A stretch of 64,000 nucleotides of DNA, taken from a virus (Duplodnaviria; Caudoviricetes). The notes beneath the pieces were generated by a model that saw nothing but the letters and a program-made list of their open reading frames with translations, was not told the DNA's origin and searched no databases. Positions 49,342 through 58,227 of this stretch are shown here, piece by piece. The position numbers were made by a program, and so were the translations under genes. Every line of letters begins with the position of its first letter. Positions within the stretch are counted from its first letter, which is position 1. The stretch lies in the IMG/VR virus record IMGVR_UViG_3300010262_000138, positions 48,217-112,216 of that record; one strand, given 5' to 3'.

Positions 49342-49592
49342 GCCTGTATTACTGCCTCGACTGCAACAGCTTTTTTGAAGAGCCCAAGAGGTATGTTGAA
49401 AAACATAATCTTGACACTCCCCCATACGAAGAATATGACGGATGCCCATACTGTGCGGGAGATTATATCACCCCTAGAAGATGCTATTACTGCGGAGAAT
49501 ATCTTACAGACGACTACTTTTTAGTGCCTGATGGCAGGCTGATATGCCCGGAATGCTGCCATCCGCGCAACGTGGATGAATGGAGGGGTTAG
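49338..49592 (+). CDS. Cys-rich Zn-finger protein
   Basis: Four CxxC pairs. Confidence 0.7.
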   Translation: MSLYYCLDCNSFFEEPKRYVEKHNLDTPPYEEYDGCPYCAGDYITPRRCYYCGEYLTDDYFLVPDGRLICPECCHPRNVDEWRG

Positions 49593-49663
49593 GATGTTTT
49601 TCAAAAAGTTTTTTTCACGCATATTACCGCATTCATGCCTGACAAAAACGGTATGGAAACGAA

Positions 49664-49975
49664 ATGCACTGTATTGTTCCCGTTGCGGAGAGCTTTTGGG
49701 GTTCTATTATCTTAGTGAGGAGGGTCCCGGCGCACATGTCTGTGTCCAATATGAACGACACGCAGAAGAAATCAAAAAAACGATCCTCGGCTACGCCAGA
49801 GAAAGAATTCCTGTGGCAAACAATAGTGACAAAGAATTCAGAGATTTTCTTGATCACTTCAAAGAGCAAACCAGATCGGAGTGTCTACAATCTATGGATG
49901 AAGACGGAGACATCATGGAAGAAGATTGCATCGGGGAAGAACCCGCTGGATCTTGAAGATAAGTATGTCAAATAA
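49664..49975 (+). CDS. Small hypothetical protein (true start uncertain; overlapped by alternative ORF 49576-49956)
   Basis: FLITSK...Y.LW...KKIA.GKNPLDLE pattern. Confidence 0.4.
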   Translation: MHCIVPVAESFWGSIILVRRVPAHMSVSNMNDTQKKSKKRSSATPEKEFLWQTIVTKNSEIFLITSKSKPDRSVYNLWMKTETSWKKIASGKNPLDLEDKYVK

Positions 49976-50024
49976 ACTGACGCGAATAATGTAATAGTAA
50001 AATCCGCGCCACCCCTAAAACACA

Positions 50025-50075
50025 CCATCCACATCACATCCGGGCATTTTTGCGCCATTTTTCAGGAGGTAAGAA
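50025..50075 (+). promoter_or_regulatory. CCATCCACATCA leader motif, copy 6
   Basis: 12-mer plus a 36-nt block identical to copy 3. Confidence 0.65.
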
Positions 50076-50614
50076 ATGAGACAGATCAGGCAAGATGTTT
50101 TTGAAACCAACAGCAGCTCAACTCACAGCATCTGCATTAGCAAAGAACCGGTAAACGTTATCCCTAAAAAAAAGTATATTTTCACTTTGATGAATTTGGA
50201 TGGGAGTCCATGCGTGTTGATGACACAGCGAGTTATTTGTATACAGCTATGAAAAATCTGGAAATGGACGATAATATTTCTCAGATGGAGGAAATTCTGA
50301 ATCGGCATGGAGCGGAATGCGAATTTGAAAATCCTGAAAAGGGGAGAGGGTATTGGGAATGTGGATATGTAGATCATGCATCAGAACTTGTTGAGTTCAT
50401 ATCAGATCTTCTGAGCGATGAGGATAAGCTGATACGATATTTGTTTGGTGATAGCTGTATTTATACCGGAAATGATAACGATATGGACTCAAATTCCATG
50501 TGCTATTGTGCTGAAGAAACAATTTTTGAAGAAGGGCCTGATGGGAGATGGTGTGAAGTCCTTAACCCAAACCATGATTCAGAACACTATGAATACTACT
50601 TTAAAGGAAATTAA
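50076..50614 (+). pseudogene. FETNSSSTH-motif protein 1, frameshifted at A8 run 50166-50173
   Basis: MRQIRQDVFETNSSSTHSI joins VYFHFDEFGWE and ORF 50210 in the -1 frame. Confidence 0.65.
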
Positions 50615-50624
50615 GGAGGAAACT

Positions 50625-51008
50625 ATGAGACAGGTTCGCAGAGGAGTTTTTGAAACCAACAGCAGCTCAACTCACAGCATTACAATGTGCGCCAAATCAG
50701 ATTATGAACGCTGGAAAAAGGGCGAATTATTCTTAAATGAAAGGGGGAATTGGGGCTCGTACTCACCATATAAGACAAAGAAATTCGTTACGCGCGAAGA
50801 AGCAATCGACATAGTGACCAATAACAGGTATCGTCCGGACGAACCCTTGGAGTCTCTTGATGAAGATGATTTTCTGGAGGCTCTTCGAGAAAGAGATATC
50901 TATACATACGATGATTACGGCACAGATTTTGAATGGTTTGACGCCTCTTATACCACCCCTTCCGGAGAAGAAGTTATAGCTTTTGGATATTATGGGTACG
51001 ACGGATGA
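50625..51008 (+). CDS. FETNSSSTH-motif protein 2
   Basis: MRQVRRGVFETNSSSTHSI...TPSGE.V.AFGYYGYDG. Confidence 0.8.
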   Translation: MRQVRRGVFETNSSSTHSITMCAKSDYERWKKGELFLNERGNWGSYSPYKTKKFVTREEAIDIVTNNRYRPDEPLESLDEDDFLEALRERDIYTYDDYGTDFEWFDASYTTPSGEEVIAFGYYGYDG

Positions 51009-51901
51009 AAGAGGTTAAAATGAAGAAATTAGGCTGCTATCAAAACGGAAATTATCAGGTTACGATCTTTGATGATGGGACTAAAATCCGGGAGAACGAT
51101 TTTGATTGGTTTACTCCGGAATATCCTGAATCAATGGATATTAAGATTACAAATTTCTGCGACAGAGGATGCCCTTGGTGCCATGAAAACTCTGCGCCGG
51201 ACGGGACACATGGCGACATTCTAAATTCCAAATTTATTGACACTCTGCACCCCTATACAGAGCTTGCAATCGGAGGAGGAAATCCGCTTTCGCACCCAGA
51301 TCTCGTCCCGTTTCTTCTCAAGTGTAAAACCCTTAAGCTGATTCCCAGCATGACCGTAAACCAAGAGCATTTTGTAAAAGAATTTGATCTAATTCAGAAG
51401 CTTGCTGAACAAAAGCTGATTTACGGGATCGGTGTGTCGCTGACCGGAGTGAACGACGATCTGATCCAAAAACTGCGAGCGCTTCCTAACTCTGTGTTGC
51501 ATGTCATCGCCGGGGTTGTTTCAGTAGACGACCTGAGACGCCTTTACGACTATGATCTTAAACTTTTGATCCTTGGATATAAGGTATTTCGCAGGGGGAA
51601 AGATTACTATTCAGACTCTGTTGCGAAGAGAAAAAAGAATTTGTACGCCCTGTTGCTGGAGCTGATAAAGCATTTTCAGGTTGTAAGCTTCGACAACCTT
51701 GCGGTTTGCCAGCTTGACGTGAAGCGGCTGATGACCGATAAGGAGTGGAAGGAGTTCTATATGGGGAACGATGGGCAGTTCACAATGTATATTGATCTGG
51801 TAAAGCGCGAGTTTGCAAAGAGCTCTACCGCAACCGAACGCTATCCGTTGCTTGAAGATATTAAGCCAATGTTTAAGAAGGTGAGGAGAGAAGCCGTATG
51901 A
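51005..51901 (+). CDS. Radical SAM protein
   Basis: CDRGCPWC (CxxxCxxC) and GGGNP motifs. Confidence 0.88.
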   Translation: MKEVKMKKLGCYQNGNYQVTIFDDGTKIRENDFDWFTPEYPESMDIKITNFCDRGCPWCHENSAPDGTHGDILNSKFIDTLHPYTELAIGGGNPLSHPDLVPFLLKCKTLKLIPSMTVNQEHFVKEFDLIQKLAEQKLIYGIGVSLTGVNDDLIQKLRALPNSVLHVIAGVVSVDDLRRLYDYDLKLLILGYKVFRRGKDYYSDSVAKRKKNLYALLLELIKHFQVVSFDNLAVCQLDVKRLMTDKEWKEFYMGNDGQFTMYIDLVKREFAKSSTATERYPLLEDIKPMFKKVRREAV

Positions 51902-52161
51902 CAGTTGCGTTATTGAAGGAGTTTTTAGAAAGCTATGAGGTGCCTGATGATGCTGTGATCTTTGTCGAAGCGGATCATGGGCAGAATAAAGAAAGGGCCG
52001 GCGGTATCTTAATATCTCGTTCTGTTTTGAAGGATGGGGAGTATACAGACCCAGACAGTCTTATTTTTGAGTGGGATGGATATGAGGAATATTACGATGA
52101 ATGGGCTCTGGAAGAATATGATCCTGACGGCCCTATCACAGCGGTTTTGATTAGCTACTAA
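51898..52161 (+). CDS. Acidic hypothetical protein
   Basis: Coupled ORF. Confidence 0.6.
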   Translation: MTVALLKEFLESYEVPDDAVIFVEADHGQNKERAGGILISRSVLKDGEYTDPDSLIFEWDGYEEYYDEWALEEYDPDGPITAVLISY

Positions 52162-52241
52162 CCGATAACCTATTTAGTATAAATCAATAAGAGGTTGCGC
52201 ATCAAAGGACGTCCGCCTCCCAGACGTGGGAGGATTCAAAT

Positions 52242-53429
52242 ATCATCAAATTACTTATTGGTGGAAGCCCCTGTACTCATTGGAGTATCGCTCAGTCTAA
52301 AAATCGTGAAACAAAAGCTGAGGGAATGGGATGGGAGCTGTTTCTGAATTATAAAATCACCAGGGATAAATGCCGGCCGGATTTCTTCCTGTACGAAAAT
52401 AATAAGAGCATGTCTCCCGCAATTAAACAACAGATTACCGACGAACTTGGAGTAGAACCTATCTTGATTAACTCCGCATTGGTATCAGCTCAGAGCCGGC
52501 AGAGATTATATTGGGTTGGCAAAAAGAATTCTGACGGTAGTTACAGCACCGTAAAGATCGATCAACCGACTGATAAAGGAATTGTGCTGCGCGACATTTT
52601 TGATGACGCTTTCTCTCAAAATGAAAAAGGGTATGCGTTCAGTGCCGATTACTATAAGCATTTGTCTGAAAAAGAAATGGAATATATGCTGCGTAATGTG
52701 AAAGACGGCAGAAACCATTTTGATTTCGAGTATTTTCAGGATGGCACTCGTGATAAGGCTAGATGTATTACTGCAAATATACATAAGGGCGTTCCGTACA
52801 ACGTCTTGGCAGAGCCGGTCAGAATTGGGACGATTGAATCGAAAGCTCAGAATAAAGACTTTGACAGTCAGCAATACAGGGTTTATTCGCCGGATGCAAA
52901 AAGCGTAACGCTCTGCGGACAGGGAGGTGGGGTAGGCGCTAAGACTGGACTATATGCAGCTCCTACGGCCGATAATAATACTACATATCCAATCTATAAG
53001 GTCAAAGACAGTCTCATCACAATCAAAGGGGAGAAGTATCCCATCAAGCTTGCAGACGGATCTTACATTATCCGTAAACTAACTGTTTCTGAATGCAAAC
53101 GCCTGCAGACTATACCTGACAGCTATGTATTCCCAGTCAGCAATAGTCAGGCATATAAAATGATAGGTAACGGTTGGACTTGCGACGTTATCTCCCATAT
53201 TATGAGTCATTTTGATGGCATTTCTACAGAGCCTGTTGAGGTACTGTCTATGTATGATGGGATGAGTTGTGGAAGAATTGCGTTGCAAAATTTAGGTGCG
53301 AACGTGGAGCGATACTTCGCATACGAGATAGATAAGTATGCTATCAAAACGACCCAGTATAACTACCCGGACACAATTCAATGCGGGGATGCATTTCAGG
53401 TCAGAGAAGATGGTTGGAAAATAAAATGA
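52242..53429 (+). CDS. Circularly permuted C5-cytosine DNA methyltransferase
   Basis: Begins with motif IV (GGSPC), then EN, QSRQRLYW, TRD, RLQT and IGNGW; motifs I-III (LSMYDG, YEID, GD) lie at the C-terminus. Confidence 0.88.
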   Translation: MIKLLIGGSPCTHWSIAQSKNRETKAEGMGWELFLNYKITRDKCRPDFFLYENNKSMSPAIKQQITDELGVEPILINSALVSAQSRQRLYWVGKKNSDGSYSTVKIDQPTDKGIVLRDIFDDAFSQNEKGYAFSADYYKHLSEKEMEYMLRNVKDGRNHFDFEYFQDGTRDKARCITANIHKGVPYNVLAEPVRIGTIESKAQNKDFDSQQYRVYSPDAKSVTLCGQGGGVGAKTGLYAAPTADNNTTYPIYKVKDSLITIKGEKYPIKLADGSYIIRKLTVSECKRLQTIPDSYVFPVSNSQAYKMIGNGWTCDVISHIMSHFDGISTEPVEVLSMYDGMSCGRIALQNLGANVERYFAYEIDKYAIKTTQYNYPDTIQCGDAFQVREDGWKIK

Positions 53430-53459
53430 GGCCCGCCACAGCGGGCGGGCCTAACCATT

Positions 53460-53663
53460 TTACATTTCCAGACCAAGCTTTTGTGCGATTTCTTCGGCGC
53501 TGAGTCCGGCTTCCTTCGCCTTAGCAATTACCGTTTTCATATTGATTGGATGCTGAAGCTTATACTTCTGAGCCTCTAAAGATTCAATCTCGGCCTTCTT
53601 TTTCTCAATCTTGCTGTCAATTTCAGCAACTTTTTCTTCTACGGTTTTAGCTACACGCGGCAT
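53460..53663 (-). CDS. Small coiled-coil/HTH-like protein (moron with own promoter and terminator)
   Basis: TTGACA-17-TATGCT (53721-53693), GAAAGGA RBS, terminator 53429-53452. Confidence 0.75.
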   Translation of the reverse strand: MPRVAKTVEEKVAEIDSKIEKKKAEIESLEAQKYKLQHPINMKTVIAKAKEAGLSAEEIAQKLGLEM

Positions 53664-53714
53664 TAAAAACAGTCCTTTCATACATTTTTATCAGCATATA
53701 TCTATACGTCTCAT

Positions 53715-53927
53715 ATGTCAATAAATATTTTAGAAGGAATAAAGTTTTATGGAAATTTTATATTTGAAGACGGTACAGCAGTGCCGATGTTAACCGATCA
53801 TAGCTTTGCAGATTTGATTGAAGAAACTTTAGGACGCGACGCACATGAGTATCTTAAAGCTTTGATTGAAGATTATGAGGTAGAAATCAAATCTCTCGGT
53901 GATTTGGTTGATGAATTAGAACAGTAA
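53715..53927 (+). CDS. Small acidic protein (probably frameshifted; likely start 53749)
   Basis: MEILYLK joins DGTAVPML in the -1 frame. Confidence 0.45.
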   Translation: MSINILEGIKFYGNFIFEDGTAVPMLTDHSFADLIEETLGRDAHEYLKALIEDYEVEIKSLGDLVDELEQ

Positions 53928-54023
53928 TAGCACTAAACAATCGGTGATATTCAGCTCTGATCAAGCTGAAGTAATATGGTGAGCTCTTAAAGGTATACCG
54001 CCTCTATAATAGGAGGTAATCAT

Positions 54024-54982
54024 ATTTCTGCATATACCATTGAAGACCTTCGTGAGATGCAAAGCTGGTCTTTAGAAAGAAAGATTCAAGTAACTCAAAC
54101 GAGAATTATTGACTGGTATCAAACATGGGACGGCGCGGTGTATGTTTCATTTAGCGGAGGAAAAGACAGCACGGTTTTACTTGATTTGGTACGAAGAATA
54201 TATCCTGACGTCCCCGCTGTTTTCTGCGACACCGGACTAGAATACCCTGAGATTAGGGACTTTGTAAAAACAAAAGACAACGTAGAATGGATTAAGCCTA
54301 TTCGATATACTGTAAGAAAAGAGCATATATGCCAATCAACTTCCGACAGGTCATTATGGAATACGGATATCCTCTAATCAGTAAAGAGCAGTCTCAATTT
54401 ATTAGAGAATTTCGTACAACAAAGTCAGACAAACTCAAAACATTGCGTATTGAAGGAAATCTAAAAGGTAGAGGAAAAATTTCAAAAATATGGATGCCTT
54501 TAGCATATTCAGATATACCTGTCAGCGAAAAGTGTTGCAATGTTATGAAGAAAACCCCTGCGAAAGTTTATGAAAAAATGACAGGAAGACATCCGTATAT
54601 TGGCACTATGGCCGAAGAAAGCAAATTGCGCGAATCTAACTGGATTAGGTACGGGTGCAACGCTTTTGACAAAGATAGACCAACCTCTCAACCATTATCA
54701 TTTTGGACCAACCAAGATGTGCTTTCTTATCTTCGCCAGTTTAAAATCCCATATGCAAGCATATATGGTGAAATTCGAGAGAGAGAGGTTTTGTATACTA
54801 CCGGAGTAGATCGCACCGGATGTATCTTTTGTGGGTTTGGGTGTCATCTCGACAAACATCCGAATCGATTTGAGAAGCTTAAAATCACCCATCCTCAGTT
54901 ATATGAATACTGCATGAAATCAATAGAAGATGGAGGACTGGGTATGGATTCGGTTTTATCATTCATAGGGGTCAATCACTAA
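54024..54982 (+). pseudogene. PAPS-reductase family protein split by -1 frameshift near 54305-54320
   Basis: SFSGGKDS and DTGLE in the first ORF; CC..MKK.P and RTGC.FCGFG in the second. Confidence 0.75.
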
Positions 54983-54994
54983 TAAGGGGTATTT

Positions 54995-55408
54995 ATGAAT
55001 CACCAAAACGAAGTTCCAAAGTATCGCAAAAAGTCTTCAAAAAACTCCCCAAAAAAGCATCATCACAAGCATATATATCGTGATTGTATTCTGGAATGGG
55101 ACGACCCTCAAGGAAGATATACCACCGAAAAAGGATTTATTCCGCAACATAAAGTAACGGGCAGCTCATACTGTATCATCTGCGGTAAACTTCATCCGGA
55201 TTTTGCGATGAGTTTTGAGTGGGGCGGAATGTGTCAACAGCTAGGTGGATACATTTGGGAGTATCAACTGTCTGACAGAGCAGTACAGGAGAGAGATCCG
55301 TCCACCAGAACGATTCCTACGTTTTATACCCAAAGCCGTTGGGACAAATATGTTCCAAAGGATCAGTTTGAAAAAGAAAGGAATTCACATGAAGAAAAGA
55401 ACGATTGA
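54995..55408 (+). CDS. Hypothetical protein
   Basis: HKH.Y..C...YCIICGK motif. Confidence 0.7.
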   Translation: MNHQNEVPKYRKKSSKNSPKKHHHKHIYRDCILEWDDPQGRYTTEKGFIPQHKVTGSSYCIICGKLHPDFAMSFEWGGMCQQLGGYIWEYQLSDRAVQERDPSTRTIPTFYTQSRWDKYVPKDQFEKERNSHEEKND

Positions 55409-55630
55409 AACAATTGAAGAGTTTAATGATCAAGGTCGGCTAATTTGGAAAAGCGTTACAGAGACGACAGAATGTGACGATAAGATGACTGACGTTCCCC
55501 AAGAAAATACCGTGTGCAGTTGTTTTCATCCAGAGGAAATCGGAGACAGATGTTAGGGAACCAAAGAGAGAGAGTTTTGTTCCTGTGGCGGTGACAAGTC
55601 GTGTTGTGATTTTTATGATTTTAAAAAGGA

Positions 55631-56053
55631 GTGAGTAGTTTGATTAGAGAATTAGCGCCGCAGTATAGCCAAACATGTGAATCATGTAATACATGCCTTA
55701 CGTTTGAAACTGAAGATGTTTCAATCGGGGAAGGAAGACTCTCGTATATTGTTTGCCCTAAGTGCGGAGATCGAGTTTACTTAGACGATAAGGCGTTTGA
55801 CTTTCGACTGACACCGGATAGCATTCAGTACCCTCAGCACTTTTCCAACTACACAGGCGGGATAGATATCACAGATAAAGAGGTAAATAACTGGGTGCAT
55901 GAAATCATAGGCACCCTCAAAACGGCATCAAATGATACTTTTGAATACGGCGTCGTGTCAAGCGGAAACACCTGTGCTTTGGGTATCAAAGACGATGGGA
56001 AATACATGGTGTTTGTTATGAAAGATTACGAGCGTGTTGACTTTGACGCATAA
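55631..56053 (+). CDS. Zn-ribbon hypothetical protein
   Basis: CESC and CPKC motifs. Confidence 0.7.
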   Translation: MSSLIRELAPQYSQTCESCNTCLTFETEDVSIGEGRLSYIVCPKCGDRVYLDDKAFDFRLTPDSIQYPQHFSNYTGGIDITDKEVNNWVHEIIGTLKTASNDTFEYGVVSSGNTCALGIKDDGKYMVFVMKDYERVDFDA

Positions 56054-56108
56054 ATCGTCTCTTATTTTAGTATCAAAGTCAACTATCATCCTGTAATAAA
56101 AATAAGGT

Positions 56109-56702
56109 ATGCTTCTGAAAAGACTGTTGTTCGTTTTAACATTCATTATTCTGATTGCCGCTTTTACATATAGAAATGTAGAGGATAATTGCGTTCAAGT
56201 TATCTATGAAAGCCCCCCGTCAGAACCTGTGCAGATAGGAGAAATGGTAACTTATACGTCTTGCGGAGTTCCAAATCAGATTGATACAAGCCGTAAGGTT
56301 TGGATGGACTACCGAACCATAACCGACCGCACATCAGATCAGTGGCGTTTACAGCGGCACGCCACCACTGATGAAAACGGACTGAGAAGAATTGACGAGT
56401 TTTACATGGTGGCGGTGGGTACATATTACGCCGAGAGATGCGGCGAATATATTACCATCGTTTTTGAAGATGGCGCATGGATTGACGCAATTGTTGCGGA
56501 CATAAAGCAGGACGCCCACACAGATCCGCTAAACCAATATACTCCGATTGGACAGAACGCGGGCAACGTTGTGGAGTTTATCGTCGATACCGATGTGCTT
56601 CATCCGCTGGCGGCGATCACAGGCGATGTATCCCCGATTGGAATGCCCGGAAACGTAATTGAAATTTTGAAGGAGGCTGAAACATACGTCGTTAAAGGTT
56701 AA
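56109..56702 (+). CDS. Exported protein, putative cell-wall-modifying (3D/DPBB-like) domain
   Basis: N-terminal signal/TM segment; YMVAVGTYY...D.KQD.HTD...VEFIVD motif. Confidence 0.5.
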   Translation: MLLKRLLFVLTFIILIAAFTYRNVEDNCVQVIYESPPSEPVQIGEMVTYTSCGVPNQIDTSRKVWMDYRTITDRTSDQWRLQRHATTDENGLRRIDEFYMVAVGTYYAERCGEYITIVFEDGAWIDAIVADIKQDAHTDPLNQYTPIGQNAGNVVEFIVDTDVLHPLAAITGDVSPIGMPGNVIEILKEAETYVVKG

Positions 56703-57414
56703 TATTATTGCCCACACCCCAGACCCCGAAAGGGTTGTGGCCGCAGCCGCCAAACTTTGTTACAGCAAGTGCGGCGCCACAGAGCTGATGGATAATTTAA
56801 CCCCGGAGAAAACCGAAGCGTTTCTCAAACGCCTTACTGATCTGTCGCATGACTCCCCTCTGGAGCACATCAGCTTTACCTTTGCCATCGAGGGAATTTC
56901 CCGCTCGCTGCTCGCGCAGATTACCCGGCATCGTATGGCGTCGTACTCTGTAAAAAGCCAGCGATATGTAAGGGAATCAGAACTCTGCTTTATCACCCCG
57001 GAGGCAATCCGTCTTGAAGATGGGTTGAACGACCTCTATCAAAGCACAATGGAAAAACTCTGGGGGGTTTATGGATATCTCTCCCGAACGCTGATGGGTA
57101 AATACCTTGAGGCAGGGATGGATTATAAATCTGCTGAAAAGAAAGCGATTGAAGACGCCAGATATGTCCTCCCAAACGCCTGTGAGACTAAGATGGTGGT
57201 CACTATGAACGCCCGCAGTTTGCTTCACTTCTTTGAGTTGCGCTGTTGTAACCGGGCTCAGGCGGAAATTCGTGAACTGGCCGATGAAATGCTTCGGCTC
57301 GTGAGAGAAATTTGTCCTCATATCTTTGCAAAGGCCGGCGCCCCATGCACGCATGGCCCATGCCCGGAGGGTAAAATGAGCTGCGGGCATCCGAGGAAGG
57401 GGGAGAATCAGTGA
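56686..57414 (+). CDS. thyX: FAD-dependent thymidylate synthase
   Basis: H.SPLEH, RHRMASYS.KSQRY, ARYVLP and N.R.L motifs; frame extends upstream to LKVNIIAHTP. Confidence 0.95.
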   Translation, partial: TSLKVNIIAHTPDPERVVAAAAKLCYSKCGATELMDNLTPEKTEAFLKRLTDLSHDSPLEHISFTFAIEGISRSLLAQITRHRMASYSVKSQRYVRESELCFITPEAIRLEDGLNDLYQSTMEKLWGVYGYLSRTLMGKYLEAGMDYKSAEKKAIEDARYVLPNACETKMVVTMNARSLLHFFELRCCNRAQAEIRELADEMLRLVREICPHIFAKAGAPCTHGPCPEGKMSCGHPRKGENQ

Positions 57415-57653
57415 GTAACATCGATCATCCTAAACATTACAATATTGGAAGTATTGAGCCGATAGACGTAATTTACGATTGGAATTTGGACTTTAATCTT
57501 GGCAATGCCATTAAGTATATCGCCAGGGCGGGGCATAAGAACCCCAATACATATCTGGAGGATTTGGAAAAAGCAGCGTGGTATCTCAACGATAAGATAA
57601 CCCGCGCAAAGAGAGAATGCGCCCCTCCCATGAAAGGAGGCGGGACACATTAG
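57411..57653 (+). CDS. DUF3310 family protein
   Basis: HPKHY, GNAIKYI.RA and EDLEKA.WYL motifs. Confidence 0.9.
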   Translation: MSNIDHPKHYNIGSIEPIDVIYDWNLDFNLGNAIKYIARAGHKNPNTYLEDLEKAAWYLNDKITRAKRECAPPMKGGGTH

Positions 57654-57978
57654 TAAGCCAGAATTCAGGAACATCGTATATGTAGCTCATCCCTACGGAG
57701 GGAATCAGGAAAACTGCCACAGGGTCGAATACATTATGAACCAACTAGCTAAGGCTTACCCAGATTATCTTTTTGTCAGCGGCGTTACATCATTTGGCTA
57801 CTGCTATTTTGATCTTGATTATCAGGACGGGTTAGAACGTTGCCTGTGGCTCTTAGACCACTGCGACGAAGCGTGGGTATTCGGGAACTATACAGACAGC
57901 AAGGGCTGTATGGCAGAGATTGAATTTTGTCAGCAACATCGCATTCCTTACTATTTCAAGTCGTTGGAGGGTGAATAG
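57649..57978 (+). CDS. Nucleoside deoxyribosyltransferase-like (DUF4406-type) protein, probable ATT start
   Basis: YVAHPYGG, CD..WVFG and SKGC..E motifs. Confidence 0.75.
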   Translation: MSKPEFRNIVYVAHPYGGNQENCHRVEYIMNQLAKAYPDYLFVSGVTSFGYCYFDLDYQDGLERCLWLLDHCDEAWVFGNYTDSKGCMAEIEFCQQHRIPYYFKSLEGE

Positions 57979-58182
57979 ATGTCACAGGCTGTCCTTTATT
58001 CTACCGGATGTCCCCGCTGTGCAATCCTTAAAAAGAAATTAGATGAAAAAGAGATTCAGTATGCTTTAGAGGAATCTGTCGATAAAATGCTTTCTCTTGG
58101 AATGACGGCTGTGCCGGTGCTTCAGGTAGATGGAAAATATATGGGATTTTCAGAAGCTGTTAAATGGGTTAATGGCCAATAA
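57979..58182 (+). CDS. Glutaredoxin/NrdH-like protein
   Basis: CPRC and VPVL.VDG motifs. Confidence 0.85.
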   Translation: MSQAVLYSTGCPRCAILKKKLDEKEIQYALEESVDKMLSLGMTAVPVLQVDGKYMGFSEAVKWVNGQ

Positions 58183-58227
58183 GATTTGCAAACAGGTGGT
58201 CTATTGTTTGATTGGGAGGACGTTATA

